Origin: Sandaracinobacter sp. | Lineage (GTDB): Bacteria; Pseudomonadota; Alphaproteobacteria; Sphingomonadales; Sphingomonadaceae | Length of the DNA: 40,296 nt | Assembly (NCBI GenBank): GCA_046316515.1 | Contig: JBKDAC010000464.1 | Coordinates: 1 to 40,296 of the forward strand | Direction of reading: 5' to 3' | Part shown: positions 1 through 13,044 of the stretch, one piece after another | How positions within the stretch are numbered: the stretch's first letter is position 1 | Layout: every line of letters begins with the position of its first letter | Position numbers and translations under genes: made by a program | Notes under the pieces: generated by a model | Told to the model about the DNA's origin: nothing | Seen by the model: the letters and a program-made list of their open reading frames with translations, nothing else | The model's database searches: none

Positions 1-1113
1 CACCCGCCCTTCGCACGCCTTGGCGATCATGCCGAGTGTCCGCTGCGCCAGATTGCCCAGGTCATTGGCAAGGTCGGCATTGATGCGCCGGCCTATTGCC
101 TCGTGGCTCCACTCGCCATCCTGCCCGAACTGGATCGCCCGCAGCAGGTAATAGCGCAGCGGATTCACGCCGAAGGTGCCAGCCAGCGCACTCGGCTCCA
201 CGACGTTGCCAAGCGATTTCGACATCTTGGCACCACGGTTGAGCACGAAGCCATGACCGAACACGTGTCTCGGCAGCGGCAGGCCGGCCGACATCAGGAA
301 GGCCGGCCAGTAGATCGCGTGGAAACGCACCACATCCTTGCCGATAACATGCAGGTCGGCCGGCCATTTTGCTTCCCAACCGGCCGCCGGCCACCCCGAC
401 GGCGTCAGATAATTGGTGAGCGCGTCCATCCAGACATACATCACATGGTCGGGCGAACCCGGCACCGGCACACCCCAGTCGAAGCTGGTGCGGCTGATCG
501 AAAGATCCTTCAGCCCCCTCTGAACAAATGCACGCATCTCGTTGAGACGGTTGGAAGGCTGCACGAAATCCGGCTGCTCGGCATAGAGCTTCAGCAGCGG
601 CTTCTGAAAGCGGGATAGACGGAAGAACCAGCTTTCCTCGACCGTCCAGCTGACCTCTGTGCCGGTGGGCGCCAGCTTGGTGCCGTCATCTGCGACAACC
701 AGCTCCTCGGCGTCATAATAGGCCTCGTCGCGAACCGAGTACCAACCTTCATAGCGATCCAGATAGATGTCGCCGGCGGCTTCCATCTTCTGCCACAGGG
801 CCTGGCAGACCGCCTTGTGGTCCGCGTCGGTGGTGCGGATGAAACGGTCCTCGCTGATGTCCAGCTGGGCGCACATCCCCTTGAAACACTGAACCATGTC
901 GTCGACGAACTGCTTCGGCGGCACGCCCGCCTTGCGGGCCGCCTGCGCGATCTTCAGCCCATGCTCGTCGGTGCCGGTCATGAAGAATGTCTCGCGGCCA
1001 TCCAGGCGGGCAAAGCGGGCAAGCCAGTCCGTCGCAATCACCTCATAGGCGTGGCCGATATGCGGCCGCCCGTTCGGGTAGGAAATGGCGGTTGTGACGA
1101 AGTAACGGCTCAT
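1..1113 (-). CDS. metG: Methionine--tRNA ligase (3' end runs off window)
   Basis: Reverse strand from ATG at 1113 reads MSRYFVTTAISYPNGRPHIGHAYE (HIGH motif), later GTDEHG and DLSISR; it follows holB as usual. Absent from the ORF track, presumably because no stop falls inside the window. Confidence 0.95.
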   Translation of the reverse strand, partial: MSRYFVTTAISYPNGRPHIGHAYEVIATDWLARFARLDGRETFFMTGTDEHGLKIAQAARKAGVPPKQFVDDMVQCFKGMCAQLDISEDRFIRTTDADHKAVCQALWQKMEAAGDIYLDRYEGWYSVRDEAYYDAEELVVADDGTKLAPTGTEVSWTVEESWFFRLSRFQKPLLKLYAEQPDFVQPSNRLNEMRAFVQRGLKDLSISRTSFDWGVPVPGSPDHVMYVWMDALTNYLTPSGWPAAGWEAKWPADLHVIGKDVVRFHAIYWPAFLMSAGLPLPRHVFGHGFVLNRGAKMSKSLGNVVEPSALAGTFGVNPLRYYLLRAIQFGQDGEWSHEAIGRRINADLANDLGNLAQRTLGMIAKACEGRV

Positions 1114-1121
1114 GAGGGTCC

Positions 1122-2060
1122 CTAGATGCGGCCAGCGCGGGCCATGATGTCGGACAGCGCCATTGCCACCTGCCCCCGATCATAGGCAAGCGGAACGGCA
1201 GCCTGCGCCAATGCCTCGGCCTCGGCCTGAAGGTCGAGAAGGCGCAGATCAGGCTGGGCCCGCGCCAGCAGCGCAAGCCGTCGCGGCGCGAGTGCCAGCA
1301 GCGCCCTGAAGCGCGGCAAGGCCGCCTGGGGCTGCACGCTGCGCACGAGCGCCAGGGCGTCACCGCCGTTCACGACGCGGTCGATCGCCTGCTCCAGCCC
1401 CGTAAAGTCGGCGCCGGCCAGGTCTGCCACACTCCCGGGGGCCCCGCGCGCCAACGCCACCAGATTGTCGAGCTCGGTCTCGGGCAGGCCGGGTTCCTGA
1501 TCGTCCAGCACGCGCCTGCTTTCCGAATCCGACAGGGCCAGCAGGCGCAACGGCCGGCACCTGGACCGAATGGTGGGAAGCAGCCTTGCGGGCGAATGGC
1601 TGACAAGCAGAAAGACCGTCTTTTGCCGTGGTTCCTCAAGTTCTTTCAGGAAAGCATTGGCAGTATAAAGATTCATGCTATCGATGGAATCAACGACCAG
1701 GGTCCGCCAGTCGGCAATAGCTGGATAGCTGTGCAGGAAGTCGCGCATCTCCCGGATCTGGTCGATGATGATAGAGGCGGTGGCGGCGCCCTTCCCTTCC
1801 GTGGGCGGGGTCAGCACCCGATGATCCGGGTGCGATCCCGCCGCGACCAGCGATGCGGCGGGGTCATCGACCGGCGTGTCCTCTGCTCCGCGACCGCCCG
1901 ACAGCAGCTTCAGCGCCGCCCAGTCGGCAAAGCGCCGCTTGCCGTTGCCCCGCGGCCGCGTGATCAGCCAGGCATGGTGCAGCGGCCCGCCGGACAGGGC
2001 ATCCAGGAACATCTCGCGCGGGCGGTGGTGGCCGATCAGCATCGCCGTTGGGGGTGGCAC
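1122..2060 (-). CDS. holB: DNA polymerase III subunit delta'
   Basis: LHHAWL...GNGK, HPDHRVL, IIIDQIRE, ANAFLKELEEP, LLPTIRSRC; directly upstream of metG. Start may be 2042. Confidence 0.92.
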   Translation of the reverse strand: MPPPTAMLIGHHRPREMFLDALSGGPLHHAWLITRPRGNGKRRFADWAALKLLSGGRGAEDTPVDDPAASLVAAGSHPDHRVLTPPTEGKGAATASIIIDQIREMRDFLHSYPAIADWRTLVVDSIDSMNLYTANAFLKELEEPRQKTVFLLVSHSPARLLPTIRSRCRPLRLLALSDSESRRVLDDQEPGLPETELDNLVALARGAPGSVADLAGADFTGLEQAIDRVVNGGDALALVRSVQPQAALPRFRALLALAPRRLALLARAQPDLRLLDLQAEAEALAQAAVPLAYDRGQVAMALSDIMARAGRI

Positions 2061-2126
2061 CTGCGCGGCGACGTTGCAAGCCGCAGATTCCCTTTGCGGG
2101 CCGGCGGACCAGCGCGTAAACCACCC

Positions 2127-4144
<2,018 letters not shown>

Positions 4145-4149
4145 TCCTG

Positions 4150-4185
4150 CCCGGACCCGCCGGCACCCTCGCCGGCGGATCCGGG
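4150..4185 (+). terminator. GC-rich hairpin immediately after thiC
   Basis: CCCGGACCCGCCGGC-N6-GCCGGCGGATCCGGG, a 15-bp stem with one mismatch; no U tract. Confidence 0.4.
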
Positions 4186-4276
4186 GCCTGCCCCCAGGTG
4201 CCACGACACCAGTTGACAGCCCCTGCCTGAGGCATAGGCTGCGACCTGCTTGGGGAGCAACTGGAGGGCGAAGAAC

Positions 4277-4560
4277 ACGCGGCATATTTTGCTGGTCGTT
4301 GTGCTGTCGGCGCTGCTGGGGGAGATGGGCGCGTAGGCCCAGGCGCAGAAGGTGGTTCCGCCGGCCGGCCCGCCCGCTGCTGAACATCCGATTCCGCCCA
4401 GAATGTTGATGGGCCCGGCCCTCCCCTTGCGGACACCCAAGTCCGTTTTCGGCAAGCCTGGGGAGACCCAGGAGGAATTTGAACGCCCCAAGGGCCGGCT
4501 GCTGCTGTTGTGGGGCTGTGGCGACCCTGCGCGACCGGGCCCGGCGGATATCTGCCGAAC
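4277..4560 (+). pseudogene. Remnant of a secreted hypothetical protein gene
   Basis: GGAGG at 4263, ACG in place of ATG at 4277, signal-peptide-like RHILLVVVLSALLGEMGA, in-frame TAG at 4334-4336, then [31 protein letters not shown]...[15 protein letters not shown]. Confidence 0.55.
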
Positions 4561-4671
4561 CGCTGCTGCCCGTGCCGTCACCGCCTCAGGAGGATGCCGA
4601 ACATGCGACGCCCGAGAACGCGACGGTCGTGGGCTGACCGGCCACGAAGGCCGACACCCGACGCTGGATCA

Positions 4672-5922
<1,251 letters not shown>

Positions 5923-6166
5923 GATCTCGCTTTCAGCCGCTGCGGGCAAGAGAGCCGCCGACGGCTTCCTAAAGTAGCGCGCAATTCCCCTGCCGCAAGT
6001 GCGAAAGGGATGAGCATCGATTCACTGCGGCAGGCAATCCGAATGAGATCACCGCCTCAAAGCCGAATTCGCCCGCCAATGCTGACACGGCTCTCCCCGG
6101 CTCAACGCCACGCCCGCTTGAACTCCGATCCCGGCAAGGCGTTCACCGACCGCGTGGCACTGGCGA

Positions 6167-6871
6167 TCAAGCCGCCTTCAGCTCGCCTTCGGCGGGCGTT
6201 GGGCGCTTGTCCATCACCTCGTCCACCAGGCCGAACAGCTTGGCTTCCTCGGCCGACATGAACTTGTCGCGCTCCATCGCATTCTCGATTTCCTCGAGAG
6301 GCTTGCCCGTGAACTTGGCATAGAGGCTGTTCATGTGGGACCGGATGCGGATGATCTCGCGCGCCTGAATCTCGATGTCTGTTGCCTGCCCCTGCGCGCC
6401 GCCAGAAGGCTGGTGCACCATGATGCGGGCATTGGCGAGGCTTACGCGCATGCCGGGCTCGCCGGCCGCCAGCAGGAACGAACCCATGGAGGCTGCCTGG
6501 CCGATACAGACCGTGCCCACCTTGGGGCGGATATACTGCATCGTGTCATAGATCGCCATGCCCGATGTAATCACGCCGCCGGGCGAATTGATGTACATGA
6601 AGATGTCCTTCTTGGGGTTTTCCGCCTCAAGAAAGAGCAACTGGGCCACGATCAACGACGCCATATTGTCCTCGATCGGGCCGTTCACGAACACGATCCG
6701 CTCGCGCAGCAGGCGCGAGAAGATGTCGAACGAGCGCTCGCCGCGGCTCGACTGCTCGATGACGATGGGAACCAGGCCTCCCTGCGGTTGCAGGTTGGCG
6801 AAGGGGGCGCCCTCCGCGCTGTGCGCGGAAAACGAAGCGAAGGGGTCCATCCGGAACAGGTCACGATCCAT
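6167..6871 (-). CDS. clpP: ATP-dependent Clp protease proteolytic subunit
   Basis: [44 protein letters not shown]. Start uncertain (6871 or 6850). Confidence 0.96.
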   Translation of the reverse strand: MDRDLFRMDPFASFSAHSAEGAPFANLQPQGGLVPIVIEQSSRGERSFDIFSRLLRERIVFVNGPIEDNMASLIVAQLLFLEAENPKKDIFMYINSPGGVITSGMAIYDTMQYIRPKVGTVCIGQAASMGSFLLAAGEPGMRVSLANARIMVHQPSGGAQGQATDIEIQAREIIRIRSHMNSLYAKFTGKPLEEIENAMERDKFMSAEEAKLFGLVDEVMDKRPTPAEGELKAA

Positions 6872-6902
6872 TGCGTCTAAGTCGGCGCTCGCCTGCACGT
6901 CG

Positions 6903-8897
6903 TCAAGCCCCCGTTCCTGTCACAGCCCCCGTTCCTGTCACGGAATTGACCGGATTGTGCTTCTGCAGGAAGTCCTGCAGCGCCTGCAGGAATTCCAGCC
7001 GGTCGGCTTCGCGGCTGAAATAGTGATCGCCAAGCTTCTGCTCGATATAGATGACGTCTTTGCTGGCCGCCTTCAGCTTGTCGGCGAACAGCCGCGACTG
7101 GTTCACTGGCACCCGCTTGTCTTCCTTGCCGTGCACCAGCAGGATCGGGATGGTCACCTCGTCGGCATGGTACAGGGGCGAAACCAGCTTCAGGTCGGGT
7201 GCTTGCTGTTTGAACTTGTCCACCACGAAGCCGCCGCCCAGAAAGCGGCTGTCATAGGCGCGCAGCCGATCAAGATCCGACACACCCGCAAACGAGACCG
7301 CACAGCGATAAAGCTTCCCGTCGCGCTGGGCCGCGCGCATCGCGGCATAGCCGCCATAGGAGCCTCCGACCATGCACACGCGAGACGGGTCGGCGATGCC
7401 CTGCCCTGCCAGATGTGCGATGGCATCGTTCAGGTCATCCTGCATCTTCAGGCCCATTTCCCCATGTCCGGCATTGCCGAACCTGGTGCCGAACCCCGAC
7501 GACCCGCGATAGTTGGGCTGGATCACGGCATAGCCGCGGTCGGCCATGAACTGGGCCCACCAGTCCCAGCTTTCCGAGTCCCGGGCCCAGGGGCCACCAT
7601 GCGGCATCACGATCAGCGGCAGATTCTTCGCCGCGCGCCACTTGGGCAGGATCAGCACCGCGGGAATCTCCAGCCCGTCGCGCGCCTTGTAGCGGATGGT
7701 GCTGACCGGATGCAGCGCCGCCTTGATCCCGTCGTTCACCCAGGCAAAGGGCTTCATGGCGCCATCGGCCCTGTCGAGGATATAGTAGCGCCCCGGCTCG
7801 CTCGCGCTGCCGACATGGATCAGCAGGCGGATTTTGTCGCGACTCCACGATTGGATCTGCGCCCGCCTGCTGGGGCTGACCGCCTTGTCGAGCGAGGCCT
7901 GCAGCTCGGCGAACTCCGGATCCATCCAGTGCAGCCGCGGGGCGGTGTCGACATATTCGACCGCCATCACCCGGGTCTGGGCGGAATCGCTCCAAATGCC
8001 GTCGATGTCATAGCCCGGCACGCCGAACAGCTTCCGGCCCGTCTCCATGGTTGTCAGGTTGAATTCGTACAGGCTGGAAAAGCCTTCCTCGTCGTCCTGA
8101 ATGACCAGCGGGGCGCCATCCGGAGGAAAAAGAACAGGCGACAGCAGGGCTTCGCCGCGGCGCGTGTTGGCGCGGTCAATCTCGCGGAACGGGGCGGTCT
8201 CACCCGCCCGATAGATCAGTTTGCGCTCCCGCCCAGTGTCGGACTGGCCCCACCCCATCCGCACGACACCATTGCCGTCGGCCGCCCAGTCCCAGATACC
8301 GATGCGCGAACCGGTGGAGCGCGAGATCGCGCCTGTGCCCACATCCACTTCGACAACCTCGGGATAGAAGCCGGTGGTTCCAGCAAAGATGGAGGTCTGC
8401 CGCGCGAGCAGCAACCGGGGTGATCCATCCCGTGCAATCCAGATCACATCGTCGGCACGCTGCGCCATTTTCTTGTCGTCCAGCAGCTTCAGCTGGCTGA
8501 GGTCGGACTTCACGCGCAGCAGGCGGGTGATATAGAATTCATCGCCTTCCAGGCGTGTGGTCGAGCCCAGGCCGGCGACCAGCCAGTCATCATTCACCCA
8601 GTTGAACCAGTTGATGTCCAGCCGGTCATTGCCGCGCGCGATCATGGGCTTGCGGCCATCGAGCGGCAGGATCGTCAGGAACTGTTCCCCGTTGGCAGCG
8701 ATCCGCGCGGCGATGGCCTTTCCGCCCGGTGCCATTGCGGGATCCTGCAGGAACGGCAGCCGGGCAAAATCCGCGATCGGCTTGGGGCCCGTGGTCGTCG
8801 CTGTCGGCGGAGTCTGGGCCACGGTCGGCGGAACAATGGCTGCAGCACAGGCCAATACGAAGGCAGCTGCCGACAGGGGTGCCCGGAACAGGGGCAT
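6903..8897 (-). CDS. Secreted S9 family (prolyl oligopeptidase-like) serine peptidase
   Basis: Signal peptide, [22 protein letters not shown] nucleophile elbow, HGKED and DH catalytic motifs; GGAGGAGG RBS before the ATG at 8897. Confidence 0.9.
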   Translation of the reverse strand: MPLFRAPLSAAAFVLACAAAIVPPTVAQTPPTATTTGPKPIADFARLPFLQDPAMAPGGKAIAARIAANGEQFLTILPLDGRKPMIARGNDRLDINWFNWVNDDWLVAGLGSTTRLEGDEFYITRLLRVKSDLSQLKLLDDKKMAQRADDVIWIARDGSPRLLLARQTSIFAGTTGFYPEVVEVDVGTGAISRSTGSRIGIWDWAADGNGVVRMGWGQSDTGRERKLIYRAGETAPFREIDRANTRRGEALLSPVLFPPDGAPLVIQDDEEGFSSLYEFNLTTMETGRKLFGVPGYDIDGIWSDSAQTRVMAVEYVDTAPRLHWMDPEFAELQASLDKAVSPSRRAQIQSWSRDKIRLLIHVGSASEPGRYYILDRADGAMKPFAWVNDGIKAALHPVSTIRYKARDGLEIPAVLILPKWRAAKNLPLIVMPHGGPWARDSESWDWWAQFMADRGYAVIQPNYRGSSGFGTRFGNAGHGEMGLKMQDDLNDAIAHLAGQGIADPSRVCMVGGSYGGYAAMRAAQRDGKLYRCAVSFAGVSDLDRLRAYDSRFLGGGFVVDKFKQQAPDLKLVSPLYHADEVTIPILLVHGKEDKRVPVNQSRLFADKLKAASKDVIYIEQKLGDHYFSREADRLEFLQALQDFLQKHNPVNSVTGTGAVTGTGA
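6906..6941. repeat. Perfect 2 x 18 bp tandem duplication encoding [12 protein letters not shown] at the peptidase C-terminus
   Basis: AGCCCCCGTTCCTGTCAC at 6906-6923 and 6924-6941. Confidence 0.9.
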
Positions 8898-9053
8898 GGA
8901 AAGCCTCCTCCCTTTCAAACGCAACAGATTGAAACAACTGGCAGACTAGTAAATGAAAATCGGCGGCGCAAGACATGCCGAACAGCCGGAAACTACATCC
9001 GGAACGGAGGAGACTTCCGGTCTGCCGGCCACAGGTCTTGATAATGACGGGGC

Positions 9054-9827
9054 ATGTCTGCCTTGCCATCAGCCTTAGGTTCGGCCCAGCGTGGCCAGAA
9101 CATACGGTCGGGCCGCGCTGCGGCTGAGGCTGCGACTGCTGATGCCGTCCTGCCGGCACTGGCAGAGGCTTCGCGGCGGACGGGGGTGCCGTTCGAAGCG
9201 CTGTTCAACACGGCCCGGCTGGAATCCGGCTTCAACCCCCAGGCGCGGGCCCGTACATCCTCGGCCACGGGGCTGTTCCAGTTCATCGATTCAACCTGGC
9301 TCGACACGGTTGCGCGGCATGGCGCGCGCTACGGCCTGAACCCCACGACCAAGGCAGAGGCGCTGGAGCTTCGCCGTGATCCACTTGCGGCAAGCCTGAT
9401 TGCTGCCGCGCACATGGCCGACAATGCGGGGAAGCTGGCAGCCGAAACCGGCAGAGCGGCCGGCCAGGTCGAGCTTTACCTTGCCCATTTCCTGGGCGCC
9501 GGCGGCGCGGCGCGCTTTCTGGAGCGGCTTGCAACCGATCCCGGGGCATCGGCCGCCGATCTGATGCCGTCGGCCGCACGGGCAAATCGCAGGATCTTCT
9601 TCACAAAAGGCGCTCCGCGCCGCCTGGGTGAAGTCTATGACCTACTCGCCAGGCGGATGGGCGGCGGCGCGCCCGCCGCCAGTCCCGGCGGCACCGCCCT
9701 TGCCGTCGCCGGCCGCCAGCAGGCCATGGATGCGCCTCCGGGCGTAGATGCTGCCCCGGTCTCGCCGGATGCCGCCCTGAAGGCGGCTCGGCTTGCCTAT
9801 CTGCTGCTGACGGATCTCGGGGCCTGA
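9054..9827 (+). CDS. Lytic transglycosylase (SLT domain), probably flagellar
   Basis: ARLESGFNPQA (catalytic ES), SSATGLFQFIDSTW, LYLAHFLG; ends 3 bp before flhA. Confidence 0.85.
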   Translation: MSALPSALGSAQRGQNIRSGRAAAEAATADAVLPALAEASRRTGVPFEALFNTARLESGFNPQARARTSSATGLFQFIDSTWLDTVARHGARYGLNPTTKAEALELRRDPLAASLIAAAHMADNAGKLAAETGRAAGQVELYLAHFLGAGGAARFLERLATDPGASAADLMPSAARANRRIFFTKGAPRRLGEVYDLLARRMGGGAPAASPGGTALAVAGRQQAMDAPPGVDAAPVSPDAALKAARLAYLLLTDLGA

Positions 9828-9830
9828 TCG

Positions 9831-11924
9831 GTGCCTGCGCCGACACGATTCCTGTCGTCGGGGCGAACGGGCCCTTTCCTCAGCCAGGCGATGCTGCCAA
9901 CCGCGATGCTGCTGATCGTGCTGCTGATGGTCGTGCCGGTGCCCGCGCTGATGCTCGATGTCTTTTTCGTCGCCAATATCCTGCTGTCACTGGTGATGCT
10001 GATGCTGGTGTTGCAGGCATCGCGCCCGCTCGATTTTTCCGCCTTTCCCACCATCCTGCTGGTCGCAACGCTGTTTCGCCTTTCGCTGAATGTCGCCTCC
10101 ACGCGCGTGGTGCTGGTTGCCGGGCACGAGGGGACGGACGCTGCCGGCAAGGTGATCGAGGCATTCGGTGCGGTCCTGATCGGCGGCAATTTCGTGGTCG
10201 GGCTCATCGTGTTTGTGATCCTGATGATCGTGAACCTGGCGGTTATTGCCAAGGGTGCCGGTCGAGTGTCCGAGGTGTCGGCGCGCTTCACGCTGGACGC
10301 CCTGCCCGGCAAGCAGATGGCGATCGATGCAGATCTGAACGCCGGCATGCTGTCGCCAGACGAAGCCCGGGTGCGGCGCGGCGAAGTGGCTGCCGAGGCG
10401 GATTTCTATGGCTCGATGGACGGCGCTTCCAAGTTCGTGAAGGGCGACGCGGTCGCCGGCATCCTGATTCTGATGGTCAACATAGTGGGTGGACTGGTCA
10501 TCGGCCTTGTCAGCCACGACCTGTCGTTCGCGGAAGCCGCCGATCTCTATATCCTGCTGTCGATCGGGGACGCGCTGGTCGCGCAGATCCCTGCCCTTCT
10601 GCTGTCGATCGCGGCGGCAATCCTGGTGACGCGCAATGCGGAGGACAAGGGCCTCACCGCGCAGATCGGCGGGCAGTTCGCGCGACCGGCGGCCTGGTGG
10701 CCGGCTGCCGGTGTGCTGGGGGCAATGGGGCTGGTGCCGGGCCTGCCGACTTCTGTGCTGCTGCCCGCAGCCGGGGTTGCCGCGGTCATCGGGTGGCGGT
10801 TGTCCCGGCAATCGGCACCGCAGCCGCCGATGCCGGATGCCCAGCCAGCCCCGCAGGCGGCAATCGACTGGAGCGAGGTGTCGGATTCGGCGCCCGTGCT
10901 GCTGGAGATCGGCTATGGGCTGATTCCGCTGGTCGACGAAAGCGGCCCGCTCATGACCCGGATCACCGGCATCCGCCGGCAGCTGTCGCAGGAACTCGGG
11001 TTCGTGATTCCGATGGTTCGGGTCCGCGACAATCTGGGGCTGCCGCCCCAGGCCTATCGGATCAGCATTGCCGAGGAGCCTGCCGGCCAGGGGGAGGCCT
11101 GGCCCGCCGATCTGCTGGCCCTGGAAGCTGAGCCGGTGCTGTCCGAGATAAGTGGCCGCTCGGTGCGCGACCCGGCGTTCGGCATGTCCGCGCGCTGGAT
11201 AGACCCGGCGCTTGAGGGGGAGGCCCTGGCCGCCGGCTATACGGTTGTCGATTGTGCAACCGTTGTAGGAACACATCTCTATAAGCTGCTGAAGGAAAGA
11301 AGCTTCATTCTGTTCGGGCAGGACGACATGCAGGGCCTTCTGGATGCGTTGGCCACCCGGCATCCGCAGCTGGCGGCGAGCCTGTCGCCCAAGACCATTC
11401 CCCTGTCGCTGACCACCGAAACGGTCCGTGCCCTTCTGGAAGAGGGGGTAAGCCTGCGCGGTTTCTCGCGGATCGCGGCTGCCCTGTCGCAGCATGCGCC
11501 GGCCATCGGCGATCATGCGCAGCTGGTGGAGGCTGTCCGCGCGCGGATCGGCGGGCTGATCGTTGCCGGCCTTGTCGGCGAGGCAGGGGATCAGGCGCTG
11601 CATGTGATCGCGCTGGCGCCGGGGCTGGAGCAGCTTCTGGTGGCAGCACAGCGCGCCGCGCCGGGCACGGAATATCCCTTCGAACCGGGCCTGGGCGGGC
11701 GGCTGGTGGACGCCATCGCCGTTGCCGCCGCGGGCCCGCTGGCGGTTGGCATGCCGGTCGCGCGGGTTCCCCACCCCAGGCCGCGGCGTGCCCTGTGGCG
11801 CCTTCTGCGAATCCGCCCGGCGATCCCGGTCCTCGCCTTCCCCGAACTTCAGGACAATCGCGCAATAGAGGTCGTCGCCGTCGTTGGCGAAGAGCTTGTC
11901 GGCGCTGCGTTGGAGAAAGTCTGA
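9831..11924 (+). CDS. flhA: Flagellar export protein FlhA
   Basis: LFRLSLNVASTR, RVSEVSARFTLDALPGKQMAIDADL, FYGSMDGASKFVKGDA. Confidence 0.96.
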   Translation: MPAPTRFLSSGRTGPFLSQAMLPTAMLLIVLLMVVPVPALMLDVFFVANILLSLVMLMLVLQASRPLDFSAFPTILLVATLFRLSLNVASTRVVLVAGHEGTDAAGKVIEAFGAVLIGGNFVVGLIVFVILMIVNLAVIAKGAGRVSEVSARFTLDALPGKQMAIDADLNAGMLSPDEARVRRGEVAAEADFYGSMDGASKFVKGDAVAGILILMVNIVGGLVIGLVSHDLSFAEAADLYILLSIGDALVAQIPALLLSIAAAILVTRNAEDKGLTAQIGGQFARPAAWWPAAGVLGAMGLVPGLPTSVLLPAAGVAAVIGWRLSRQSAPQPPMPDAQPAPQAAIDWSEVSDSAPVLLEIGYGLIPLVDESGPLMTRITGIRRQLSQELGFVIPMVRVRDNLGLPPQAYRISIAEEPAGQGEAWPADLLALEAEPVLSEISGRSVRDPAFGMSARWIDPALEGEALAAGYTVVDCATVVGTHLYKLLKERSFILFGQDDMQGLLDALATRHPQLAASLSPKTIPLSLTTETVRALLEEGVSLRGFSRIAAALSQHAPAIGDHAQLVEAVRARIGGLIVAGLVGEAGDQALHVIALAPGLEQLLVAAQRAAPGTEYPFEPGLGGRLVDAIAVAAAGPLAVGMPVARVPHPRPRRALWRLLRIRPAIPVLAFPELQDNRAIEVVAVVGEELVGAALEKV

Positions 11925-12664
11925 TGGACGCACGTGCCGCCAACGCCCTGGGGCTTTATGGATTCGGTTCGCGGCCGCAGCCCGATCCGGATCGGCTGGT
12001 GCGGACGCATATGCCGCTGGTCCGCAAGATCGCCTGGCACACCCATGCCCGGGTCTCGACCGCGCTGGACATCGAGGAACTGGTGCAGACCGGCATGGTG
12101 GCGCTGATCGAGGCCGCCCGCAATTTCGAGGATCGGGGACAGGCGGTCTTTTCCACCTATGCCAGCGTCCGGATCCGGGGCGCCATGATCGATTCCCTGC
12201 GCAAACATGCCACTATGTGCCGGTCGGCACTGCGCAAGCGACGTGAACTGAACGCCGCGCGCGATCAGCTGGCCGGCAACCTGGGGCGCATGCCCACGCA
12301 CGAGGAGCTGTCACGCGAGATGGAGGTCTCTGAGGACGAGCTGCGCGAGATACTGAGCGCAACGCAGGGCGTTCGCTATGAGTCCATGGACGAGGTCTAT
12401 TCCGATCACAGCATCTGGTTCGCATCAGACGAACCGGACGCGTTCGACGCCTTGACCAGCAGCGACATGCGCCAGGCGATTGCAGCCGCCATCACCGACC
12501 TGCCCGAGCGGGAAGCCATAGTGTTGCAACTCTATTTCGTCGAGGAACTGAACCTGGAAGAGATCGGCCAGACGCTTGGCGTCGGCGCTGCGCGGGTCTG
12601 CCAGATCAAGAAGGTTGCACTTGATAAACTTCGCAGGCGACTGGGGGGTTGGGAAAAAGCGTGA
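11924..12664 (+). CDS. fliA: Flagellar sigma factor, FliA/WhiG (sigma-28) family
   Basis: LVRKIAW, ELVQTGMVALIEAA, YASVRIRGAMIDSLR, LYFVEELNLEEIGQTLGVGAARVCQI; the ATG overlaps the flhA stop (TGATG). Confidence 0.93.
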   Translation: MDARAANALGLYGFGSRPQPDPDRLVRTHMPLVRKIAWHTHARVSTALDIEELVQTGMVALIEAARNFEDRGQAVFSTYASVRIRGAMIDSLRKHATMCRSALRKRRELNAARDQLAGNLGRMPTHEELSREMEVSEDELREILSATQGVRYESMDEVYSDHSIWFASDEPDAFDALTSSDMRQAIAAAITDLPEREAIVLQLYFVEELNLEEIGQTLGVGAARVCQIKKVALDKLRRRLGGWEKA

Positions 12665-13044
12665 ATTGCCGCTGATGAAACCACGTGACGCATAGGGCCC
12701 TGGCGTCATCGACGCTGGGGTATTTCTTTGTGCCTGGCGGATAGTCGTCCGGGGCTTCGACTGCCCTGGTTTCATTGCAGCAGGTTGCCTGTTCCTGTCA
12801 GCTGGCGTCGGCGGTCCGCCGAAAGGTCATGAAAGTCATGGATGTACAGGTGCGTGCGCGCAGGCGCGTTGCACGGAATGGGGCCTGTAGGACAGAGGCG
12901 TTTCACGGGGTTCAACAGGAGAAAGAGCAAGTCGGGAGGCTGGCAGATTTCGGGACTGTAGGACAGGTTATGTTTGGCGGGGCGTTTGGGGCACCAGGCG
13001 CGCCATGCGGCACATAGATTCTGTGCCTTAGGGTCCAGACTCGG

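Noticed and set aside
5971-5998. clpX promoter TTGCGG-N16-TACTTT on the minus strand
   Set aside because: Plausible, but the match is too weak to assign a promoter or sigma factor without TSS data.
6558-8423. Long antisense ORFs (also 9987-11933, 19536-21347, 22081-23481, 24713-26155, 27909-29291, 30914-32683, 38685-40178)
   Set aside because: They are shadow ORFs opposite well-supported genes, expected in high-GC DNA, with no motifs.
8930-9053. Sigma-28 or sigma-54 promoter for the flagellar trio
   Set aside because: TAAA and GCCGA are present but wrongly spaced, and no GG-N10-GC with the consensus context was found.
12775-13017. 80-aa ORF after fliA
   Set aside because: TTG start, no RBS and no recognisable motif; the region looks like non-coding scar.
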